24,573 bases of DNA, from NCBI GenBank assembly GCA_034722055.1, contig JAYENL010000241.1, forward strand, positions 1 to 24,573. Reading direction: 5' to 3'. The stretch comes from Armatimonadota bacterium. GTDB taxonomy: Bacteria > Armatimonadota > Zipacnadia > Zipacnadales > UBA5352. The notes under the pieces were generated by a model. That model was not told the origin of the DNA. It did not search any database and saw only the letters and a program-made list of their open reading frames with translations. Of this stretch, positions 17,719-24,573 are shown in pieces. Every line of letters starts with the position of its first letter. The first letter of the stretch is position 1. A program made the translations under genes and the position numbers.

Positions 17719-18405
17719 TCAGTTCAGCTCGTAAGTGAGCAGCTCCAGGGTTGAGGTCACCACGCCGTCCTCGCGCGTCTCATCGCGCACCAACCCCACA
17801 CCCCGCGCGTAGTAGCTTCGGATAAGCACATGCACCGGACTGTCCTCGCCCGGAGGCGTGTCGTCGAACTCACGGTCTACCTGCACGCATCGGAAGGTCC
17901 CCGCCGGCACCTGTATTGTCTCATTAACCGAGGCGGTCGTAAAGGTTACATCCTCGAACTCCGGGTCCTTCCAGGTTTGGCCCTCAATCGGAGGCAGCAT
18001 CAGCAGCGGGAGGTCGTACCAGCGCTGGATGATGCCCTCCTCGCTGCGCACCGCCACTCGGGCGTAGAGCGCCTCATCATCCACGCGGCGGTACTGCTGC
18101 CAGGTGGACTCTTCGTAGCCTTCGCCTGCCTCGCGCACCGTTCGGATCACGTAGTAGGCCTGTCCCTGCAGGTCGGCGGTGCCTATCACCGTCTCGTGAT
18201 ACGCGAACTCCTGGTTCTGGCCGTTCTGCGCGGGTATGAGGTCGGGGGCCAGGGTCATCGTGTAATCCCACGTGTTCCCCACCGCCATCGGCAGGTAGCT
18301 CGTGGAGCCTGGGCTCTGGCCGTCGCCTCCTCCGCCTCCGCAGCCCGCGGTCACGATGACGGCGCTGAGGCTCAGGAGCATCAGGGCGTTGCGCATGGAC
18401 CTCAT
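17719..18405 (-). CDS. Predicted lipoprotein (beta-rich, DUF3108/TapB-like)
   Basis: Lipobox VTAG|C followed by a Gly-rich linker; YLPMAVGNTWDY, ETIQVPAGTFRC and YYARGVGLVR motifs; AGGTGA RBS before ATG 18405. Confidence 0.75.
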   Translation of the reverse strand: MRSMRNALMLLSLSAVIVTAGCGGGGGDGQSPGSTSYLPMAVGNTWDYTMTLAPDLIPAQNGQNQEFAYHETVIGTADLQGQAYYVIRTVREAGEGYEESTWQQYRRVDDEALYARVAVRSEEGIIQRWYDLPLLMLPPIEGQTWKDPEFEDVTFTTASVNETIQVPAGTFRCVQVDREFDDTPPGEDSPVHVLIRSYYARGVGLVRDETREDGVVTSTLELLTYELN

Positions 18406-18478
18406 GAGGGCTGTCACCTGCTCCGTCTGATCGCGCGCGACCTGCATCTTAGACCGATTCGGGACGCTCCGATGTTCC

Positions 18479-21097
18479 TCATTGCTCCGGCATCAGCGCC
18501 CGGCGAGCGTCCGAGTCGGTGGGCTCATAGCTGAACTCCTCGTGCACCAGGGCGATGACGTCCAGGATGGGGCTCTCCAGCGGTCGGCTCTCGCGGCCGG
18601 TGACCCGCAGCGTGTGGGTGCCGGCCTCCAGCTCCAGTCGCACCGGGCCCTCCCACAGCCAGGTGTCGTAGGTCCCGATCCGGTTGCCCAGGCGGATGAG
18701 CTCTTCGGGGTCGTCGGGATCGCGCAGGAAGAAGCTGTTGGAGTTGGTGTCCCTGTACCGCGCGCGGATCCACAGCAGCCAGCGGCCACCCTCGGGCAGC
18801 TCCACCTCGTACTCCGCCCAGTGCTGCGGGCCGGTGTCGATGCTGAAGGGCCCCGAGGGCAGCAGCGCGCCGCCGATGCAGCCATCGAGCGCCAGGCCGG
18901 CCTGCTCGGCGGTTGCCAGGCTTCCCTCGATCCGCTGCGGCTGCCCGGCGTCCACGAACACCATCTGGGGGCGGATCGGCGCGCAGCGCGCCCGCCGCAG
19001 AGCCATGCGGATCTCCCCGCGGCTGATGCCGTCGCAGTGCATGAACACGCGCGTGGTCACCGGCACCACCACCTGGGCGCCGGGCTGGACCTCGACCTGG
19101 TGCGGCTGCCCGCGGTAGTCGGTGAACTCCAGCCGCCCCGGGTCCAGCGAGAACTGGATGCTGGCCCTGCCGGCCACCGGCGCCAGCGATACGGTCGTTA
19201 CTCCATCGTAGCGCTCGGTCATGAAGGCCCGCACGAGGTGGCTGGTGCCGCCGACGTAGGGCATCTCGCGCGCGGCGAGCAGCCGCGGCTCGGTCCCCTC
19301 GCGCTCCACCAGCATGAAATCCTGCCGCGGCTGAAGCAGGCGCTGCTTGACCTCGTCGGGGAAGGTGCCCGCGAACTTGTGGTGCTCGTAGCGGCTCATC
19401 AGGTGCAGGATGGCGTCCAGGCACGGGACGCGCTCCATGCGGTCCACGTTGGTGAGAATGGAGTAGGCGGAGTCGGTGGCCAGCGCCCTGGCGCACAGGT
19501 ACTCTACGTCATCCACCTGTGTGGCTCGAACGTGCTCTCTCGGCGCCCTGAGGGGGAACCAGCCCAGGTCCGCCACCATCAGCTCCCGCTGCGCCCGCGG
19601 CCAGGAGCGCTCCACGGCGTCATCCACCTCATCCTTGTAGCTGGGCGAAACCCAGAAGTAGTCGCGCTGGCCGACGCGGGTCATCAGGTGCCACGAGAAG
19701 GGCGCCGAGGCGGCCATCTGCACGATCTGCGGCTCGCGATCCAGCTTCTCCACCACCGCCATCTGGGCGTTGGAGGTCGTCCACCAGCGCGGTGGATGCA
19801 CGTCCTCGGCGCCGTCGAAGTAGATCCAGTCGAAGCCGGCGGCGTTGTAGGTGCGAGCGATGTCGGACGTGTGCCGGTCGAGCAGATCGGTGGTCTGGTC
19901 GATGATGAAGATGCCCCGGCTCTCATCCGTCTTCACGTGAGCCACCTGGGCGCCGGGCTCGTGATCCGCCGGCTCTGTCCCGTAGGCGCCGCGGGTCACG
20001 CCTGTGAAGCCGAACGGCTCCTCCAGCGACAGCGCGGTGTAGGTCATCAGCTCGTCGTCGATGCGGATGTCTCGCGTGCCCTGGGGCACGGGCCAGTCGG
20101 TCGGCGGCCCGGTGGTGACGATGCGGTCCCCGTCGGCCGGCAGTGGCTCGGCCAGGCCCAGGTGCAGGTCCTCCCAGAAGCTGCCCACGTCCCCCGCCTC
20201 GGTATAGGCGCTGTGCTTGGGGACCTTGGAGGAGAACATGTGGGCGCCGGCCAGCAGCTCGGCCTGGTGGACGCGATCCACCGTCTCGCGGAGCTGATCG
20301 ATGCCCCCGGGGAAGGTGCTTTCCGGCACAGCGTAGTGCCGGCCGAAGTGCCCCCACGTGCCGTGCAGGATCAGGATAGAGCCGAAGCCGCCCCGCTTCG
20401 CCCAGTCGATGACCCTCTCGGCATTCTCGTGCGAGACGCCGCTGATCATCAGGTAGCTGCCCCGCGCGGCGTCGGAGCGCTTGGCCTTCATGCCGACCGG
20501 AATGCCGAACAGCTCCTCGGCCGCGGCGATGCGGTCGGGGATCTCGTCCCACGGCGCGGCCGCCACCGCCACGCGGGCCGGCCCCATCGACACCTCGGCG
20601 TGAACGCCGGCGTAAAGCCGCGGCGTCCCGTCGCCGGTTACCAGGCAGTCCTGCGTCTCCGCGATCATGGCCACTGCGGAGCCGTCATCCGCGCGCACCA
20701 CGTGCCGGTGGCAGCGCAGCTCCCCGCCCTCGCGCAGCGGCAGGCACAGCCAGTCGAGCCGCTCCGGCTCCCCCTCGACGGCCTGGAGCGTGAAGACCGC
20801 CAGCCCGCCGGCATCCTCCCAGGAGAGCAGCGCCGCCAGGTCGCCGCCGAACTCCACGCGCATCTGCCGGTCGCCGCCGCTCACGGCCGTGGCGTCGATC
20901 TGGCCATCGGCGGTGTGCGCCACCGCGACCGGCTCGCCGGGGCGGCCAAGCTCCCCCTCCGCGTGGCGTGAGGTGAGCGATACCAGTCTCCCATTCTCCC
21001 CGATCTCCAGCCGCAGGTCGGCGGTCTCGACGACGGTGGGCTCCGCGGCGGCGGCCGCGGCCAGGCCCAGCAGGACAGGCACGCATCGCATTGCCAT
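18479..21097 (-). CDS. Large secreted hypothetical protein, putative glycoside hydrolase with C-terminal CBM-like domain
   Basis: Signal peptide MAMRCVPVLLGLAAAAAA|E; FPGGIDQLRETVDRVH...AGAH and FDWIYFDGAE resemble clan-D-like TIM-barrel GHs; C-terminal WAEYEVELP..GRW.LWIR...SNSFF...LEAGTHTLRV...LDVIAL jelly-roll. Start at 21097 or 21091. Confidence 0.65.
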   Translation of the reverse strand: MAMRCVPVLLGLAAAAAAEPTVVETADLRLEIGENGRLVSLTSRHAEGELGRPGEPVAVAHTADGQIDATAVSGGDRQMRVEFGGDLAALLSWEDAGGLAVFTLQAVEGEPERLDWLCLPLREGGELRCHRHVVRADDGSAVAMIAETQDCLVTGDGTPRLYAGVHAEVSMGPARVAVAAAPWDEIPDRIAAAEELFGIPVGMKAKRSDAARGSYLMISGVSHENAERVIDWAKRGGFGSILILHGTWGHFGRHYAVPESTFPGGIDQLRETVDRVHQAELLAGAHMFSSKVPKHSAYTEAGDVGSFWEDLHLGLAEPLPADGDRIVTTGPPTDWPVPQGTRDIRIDDELMTYTALSLEEPFGFTGVTRGAYGTEPADHEPGAQVAHVKTDESRGIFIIDQTTDLLDRHTSDIARTYNAAGFDWIYFDGAEDVHPPRWWTTSNAQMAVVEKLDREPQIVQMAASAPFSWHLMTRVGQRDYFWVSPSYKDEVDDAVERSWPRAQRELMVADLGWFPLRAPREHVRATQVDDVEYLCARALATDSAYSILTNVDRMERVPCLDAILHLMSRYEHHKFAGTFPDEVKQRLLQPRQDFMLVEREGTEPRLLAAREMPYVGGTSHLVRAFMTERYDGVTTVSLAPVAGRASIQFSLDPGRLEFTDYRGQPHQVEVQPGAQVVVPVTTRVFMHCDGISRGEIRMALRRARCAPIRPQMVFVDAGQPQRIEGSLATAEQAGLALDGCIGGALLPSGPFSIDTGPQHWAEYEVELPEGGRWLLWIRARYRDTNSNSFFLRDPDDPEELIRLGNRIGTYDTWLWEGPVRLELEAGTHTLRVTGRESRPLESPILDVIALVHEEFSYEPTDSDARRALMPEQ

Positions 21098-21246
21098 CAG
21101 CGCCCCGGGTGCGTCGCAATCGCCGTCGCGGGCCTCTTCGCCGTGGGCGCTGCCGAGGCCTGCCGCCGAGAGAGGTCTGCAGGCCCTCGCGGTGAATCTC
21201 GCGGTGACCGAGGCGCTGACATCACGGGGCGAGGTGACGGCGAGCA

Positions 21247-22338
21247 ATGGGCTTCGAGCTCTACACCCACGAGCGCAACTTCGGCTGCCGGATCAGCGAT
21301 GAGTTCACCTTCCGGGGCATGCGCCTGCTCGTGATGGAGAACGAGCTTGTGCGGGTCACCATCCTGCTGGACAAGGGCACTGACATCTACGAGTTCCTGC
21401 ACAAGCCCACCGACACGGACTTCATGTGGCGGACGCCGCGGGGCGTGCGCAACCCTGAGAAGTCCCTGGACATGATCGCCCCCAGCGTGGGCCCCTTCGC
21501 GGACTTCTACGAGGGCGGCTGGCAGGAGTGTATGCCCAACGGGGGCCGCGTCTGCACCTACAAGGGCGCGGAGATGGGGCTGCATGGCGAGGTCTGGGGC
21601 GTGCCCTGGCGCTGCCGGATCGCCCGTGACGACCCGGATGTCGTCCAGGCCCGCACCTGGGTCCGCACCAACCGCACCCCCTTCCTGCTGGAGAAGACCT
21701 TCACGCTGCGCTCCGGGCGGCCGGTGCTGGAGATCGACGAGACCCTCACCAACGAGGGCCGGGAGCCCATGGACCTGATGTGGGGCCACCATCCCGCGCT
21801 GGGCAGCCGCTTCCTGATGGATGACTGCCGGGTGGACTGCGCCGCGCGCACGGTCGTCTGCGATCCCAGCGTCGGCGATGAGAGTCGTTTCGCGCCCGAG
21901 CAGCGCTTCGACTGGCCGGTGGGCACCACCCGCGGGAGCGAGGAGGTGGACCTCAGCGTGGTTCCGCCGCCCGAGGAGCGCGTGGATGACATGCTCTACC
22001 TCACGGACCTGGAGGCCGGCTGGTGGGCCGTCACCAGCCAGATCCGGGAGCTGGGCTTCGGCATCTCCTTCGACCTGGAGACCTTCCGGCACATCTGGAT
22101 GTGGATGCCCCTGGGCGGCTCCGATGGTTACCCCAGCTTCGGACGCTTCTACACTATGGCGCTGGAGCCGTTCAGCAGCTTCCCGGCCATCCTGTCCAAC
22201 GCCATCGAGGCCGGCACGCAGCTCACCATGGAGGCCGGGGAGCAGCGCAGCGCCTGGCTGCGCGCCGTCGCCTATGATGGCGTGCAACGAGTAGCGGGCA
22301 TCGACGAGGAGGGCGAGGTCACCCCCGGGGCGCCATGA
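21247..22338 (+). CDS. Aldose 1-epimerase / galactose-mutarotase-like protein (DUF4432-like)
   Basis: MENELVRVTILLDKGTDIYEF, GGWQEC.P, GLHGE, WGHHP, ALEP motifs; GAGGTGA RBS. Confidence 0.8.
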   Translation: MGFELYTHERNFGCRISDEFTFRGMRLLVMENELVRVTILLDKGTDIYEFLHKPTDTDFMWRTPRGVRNPEKSLDMIAPSVGPFADFYEGGWQECMPNGGRVCTYKGAEMGLHGEVWGVPWRCRIARDDPDVVQARTWVRTNRTPFLLEKTFTLRSGRPVLEIDETLTNEGREPMDLMWGHHPALGSRFLMDDCRVDCAARTVVCDPSVGDESRFAPEQRFDWPVGTTRGSEEVDLSVVPPPEERVDDMLYLTDLEAGWWAVTSQIRELGFGISFDLETFRHIWMWMPLGGSDGYPSFGRFYTMALEPFSSFPAILSNAIEAGTQLTMEAGEQRSAWLRAVAYDGVQRVAGIDEEGEVTPGAP

Positions 22339-22919
22339 GCGAGGCGAGGGCGGAACAGAGAGATGAGTCCGGGCGACCGCCGCTGGCGCTGCACGTCTGC
22401 TGCGGCCCGTGTGCCACCGCGGTGATTGAGCGCCTGAGGGAGGAGTGGGACGTGCGCGCCGTCTGGCACAACCCCAACATCCAGCCGCGCGAGGAGTACC
22501 TCAAACGCCTGGAGAGCATGCGCCGGGTGGCGGAGCTGTCCGACGTGCCGCTGGCGGAGCTGGAGCGCGACGTGGAGGCCTGGCGCGAGGCCTGCCGGGG
22601 CCTGATGGATGAGCCCGAGGGCGGCGCGCGGTGTGATGTGTGCTTCCGGATGCGGCTGGAGCGCACCGCCCGGTGGGCGGCCGAGCGGGGCATCGACGTC
22701 ATCACCACCACGCTGACCGTCAGCCCGCACACGCCCGCGGAGCGCGTCAACGCCATCGGCGAGGAGGTGGCGTGCGAGCACGGGCTGCGCTTCCTGGCCG
22801 AAAACTTCAAGAAGCGCCACGGCTTCCAGCGCAGCGTGGAGCTGAGCAAGCGCTGGGGACTCTACCGGCAGACGTGGTGCGGCTGCCTGCCCTCCAGGGA
22901 CGAGTCGCGGGGAGCGTAG
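22335..22919 (+). CDS. queH: Epoxyqueuosine reductase QueH
   Basis: LHVCCGPC, NPNIQP.EEY.KR, EPEGGARCDVCF.MRLE, TTLTVSPH, LYRQTWCGC; ATGA overlap with the upstream gene. Confidence 0.92.
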   Translation: MSEARAEQRDESGRPPLALHVCCGPCATAVIERLREEWDVRAVWHNPNIQPREEYLKRLESMRRVAELSDVPLAELERDVEAWREACRGLMDEPEGGARCDVCFRMRLERTARWAAERGIDVITTTLTVSPHTPAERVNAIGEEVACEHGLRFLAENFKKRHGFQRSVELSKRWGLYRQTWCGCLPSRDESRGA

Positions 22920-22957
22920 CGGCCGGCCTCGCATCGGCACCTCGATGGGCGCTCACG

Positions 22958-22978
22958 GCCCGGCCATCATGGCCGGGC
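22958..22978 (+). terminator. GC-rich inverted repeat after queH
   Basis: GCCCGGCCAT-C-ATGGCCGGGC; no U-tract. Confidence 0.35.
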
Positions 22979-23096
22979 TGGTGTCATGTACGCAGGTGCC
23001 CATGCCGCCCTCCGGAGAAACCGTGTAATGCTGGCGCGCCGCACGGTCACTTCAAGGGTGAGGAGATGTCCTCATTCGCATACAGGTGATCCTACG

Positions 23097-23624
23097 ATGA
23101 CGGACGCGCAGGTGGTGAGAAAGGTGCTGGCAGGCGACGCGGACGCCTACGCGCTGCTGGTGGAGCGACACCAGCGCGCGGCCGTGGCAGCGGCCCACCA
23201 CCTCACCGGCGACCGGGAGGCGGCGCGCGACATCGCCCAGGACGCCTTCGTTGACGCCTGGCGTGGGCTGAACGGACTGCGCGACCACTCCAAGTTCGCC
23301 GGATGGCTGTTGGGGATCATCCGTAACAAGTGCCGGGGCTATCTGGCGAAGCTGCAGCCGGACGTCGTTCCGCTCGATGACGCCCCGGCGCCGAGCACCG
23401 ACCCCCCGCAGCCGGAGGGTGGACCGCTGACGGAGATGCTTGGGAAGCTGCCACTGAAGGACCGGGAGATCCTGGCGGCGCGGTACATCGCCGAGATGCC
23501 CTACACCGAGATCGCCCGGGAGATGGACATGACCGTCAACAACGTGCGCGTGCGCTGCTGCCGGGCCAGGCAGCGGCTGCGCGAGCTGATGGCCGAGACC
23601 GGAGAGGAGGGCGAGGGCTCATGA
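23097..23624 (+). CDS. ECF-family RNA polymerase sigma-70 factor
   Basis: GDADAYALLVERHQ, ARDIAQDAF..AW, KFAGWL..I.RN (region 2); LP.KDREIL..RY...MPY.EIA..M.....NVR.R..RAR..L (region 4); AGGTGAT RBS before ATG 23097. Confidence 0.92.
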   Translation: MTDAQVVRKVLAGDADAYALLVERHQRAAVAAAHHLTGDREAARDIAQDAFVDAWRGLNGLRDHSKFAGWLLGIIRNKCRGYLAKLQPDVVPLDDAPAPSTDPPQPEGGPLTEMLGKLPLKDREILAARYIAEMPYTEIAREMDMTVNNVRVRCCRARQRLRELMAETGEEGEGS

Positions 23625-24573
23625 CCGCGGGCAACCCATGTGAGAGCTGGATGGAGCGCATCTCGGCCTGGGAGGATGGTGAGGCCGGGCTGATCGACCG
23701 GGTCCTCGTGCCCCTGCACCTGCGGCAGTGCGGGGCCTGCCGGGAGTGGCTGGAGCAGGTCCGCGAGGATGAGAGCGCCTTCCGGGAGGCCTTCCTGGAG
23801 GCCGCGGATGAGCAGGACGACATCGCCGAGAGCGTGATGGCCCGGGTCGCCAAGCAGGCTCGGACGCAGGAGCGCCGGGAGGCGGCGAAGCAGCGGCGTC
23901 CGGTCTTCACGCTCATCGAGCTTTTCGTGGTTGTGGCGATCGTGGCGACCCTGGGGGCGATCCTCTTCCCGGTCTTCGCGCGGGCCCGCGAGAAGGCCCG
24001 CCAGGCCTCGTGTCAGAGCAACATCAAGCAGCTTACGCTGGGCACACGGATGTTCGCGGAGGACTACGACGGGCGGCTCCCAGCCGCGGCAACCTGGCGC
24101 GACGACGTCATGCCCTACGTGAAGGATGAGGAGCTGTTCGAGTGCCCCTCCGACGAGATCGACAACGTGACGTATGCCCTCAGCCCCTTCGTGGCGGGCC
24201 GGAACATCGAGGACATCGAGAACCCTGAAGAGACCGTGATGATCTACGAGGTGGGGGAGGACGGGCAGCCGGTCTTCCCGCACAACGGCGGCGCGAACTA
24301 CGGCTTCGTTGACGGGCACGTGAGGTGGCTCAGCGAGGAGAATGCGCCGGCGGAGCTGAGGAGCACCGGCTTCGCTCCCCCTACGCAGAGCTACGGGATC
24401 GCCGAGCGGCTGAAGCTGGCCTATGAGGCCTCGGTCGAGGTGGTGGTGGATAACCTCTATCGCGCGGTGCTGCAGGCGGAGGCGGCCGTCCACGAGTACG
24501 GTGGCTTCATCCTCAGCTCCACGCTCAACGGCCGCTGCGGGCAGGCCAGCCTGACCGTCAAGGTCCCCACCGC
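23621..24573 (+). CDS. Partial (runs off the window): zf-HC2/ZAS anti-sigma domain + prepilin-type DUF1559/H-X9-DG module + DUF4349-like domain
   Basis: Translated by hand; open from ATG 23621 (ATGA overlap with the sigma stop) to the window end. MTAGNPCESWMERISAWEDGE...HLRQCGACR; RRPV-FTLIELFVVVAIVATLGAILFPVFARAREKARQASCQSNIKQL; LFECPSD; HNGGANYGFVDGHV; LAYEASVEVVVDN...GGFILSS...ASLTVKVP. Confidence 0.85.
   Translation, partial: MTAGNPCESWMERISAWEDGEAGLIDRVLVPLHLRQCGACREWLEQVREDESAFREAFLEAADEQDDIAESVMARVAKQARTQERREAAKQRRPVFTLIELFVVVAIVATLGAILFPVFARAREKARQASCQSNIKQLTLGTRMFAEDYDGRLPAAATWRDDVMPYVKDEELFECPSDEIDNVTYALSPFVAGRNIEDIENPEETVMIYEVGEDGQPVFPHNGGANYGFVDGHVRWLSEENAPAELRSTGFAPPTQSYGIAERLKLAYEASVEVVVDNLYRAVLQAEAAVHEYGGFILSSTLNGRCGQASLTVKVPT

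Noticed and set aside
17719..18405. Horizontally acquired island around the lipoprotein gene
   Set aside because: Somewhat more A/T-ending codons by eye, but no integrase, tRNA, flanking repeats or transposase to support it.
18482..20971. 829-aa plus-strand ORF
   Set aside because: Shadow of the minus-strand gene, which has a signal peptide and domain motifs.
23501..24493. 330-aa minus-strand ORF listed in the track
   Set aside because: Shadow of the real plus-strand anti-sigma/pilin fusion gene.

Overview
High-GC (roughly 70% by eye) bacterial chromosomal segment, probably Armatimonadota or a related diderm Terrabacterium. That call is an inference from the 'FTLIE..LFPVFARAREKARQASCQSN' DUF1559-type pilin module, an MlaD with a beta-barrel-like C-terminus, and large secreted sugar-active proteins. 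The left 10 kb is one minus-strand run, mlaE-mlaF-mlaD-rplI-dnaB-purD-purE-purF-purM, behind a near-consensus sigma70 promoter (TTGACT-N18-TATAAT) and followed by a cluster of GGAG-footed REP-like hairpins. The middle holds two translationally coupled secreted putative glycoside hydrolases, a palindrome-rich convergent intergenic region, a Gfo/Idh/MocA oxidoreductase coupled to an orphan Roadblock/LC7 gene, small hypotheticals, a lipoprotein and another large secreted GH-like protein. The right end has an aldose-epimerase-like gene, queH and an ECF sigma factor. The sigma gene is coupled to a truncated gene missing from the ORF track, which fuses a zinc-binding anti-sigma (HxxxCxxC) domain, a type IV prepilin-like DUF1559/H-X9-DG module and a DUF4349-like domain. 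This anti-sigma/pilin fusion is the best candidate for an undescribed system. No rRNA, tRNA, CRISPR array or transposase was seen.
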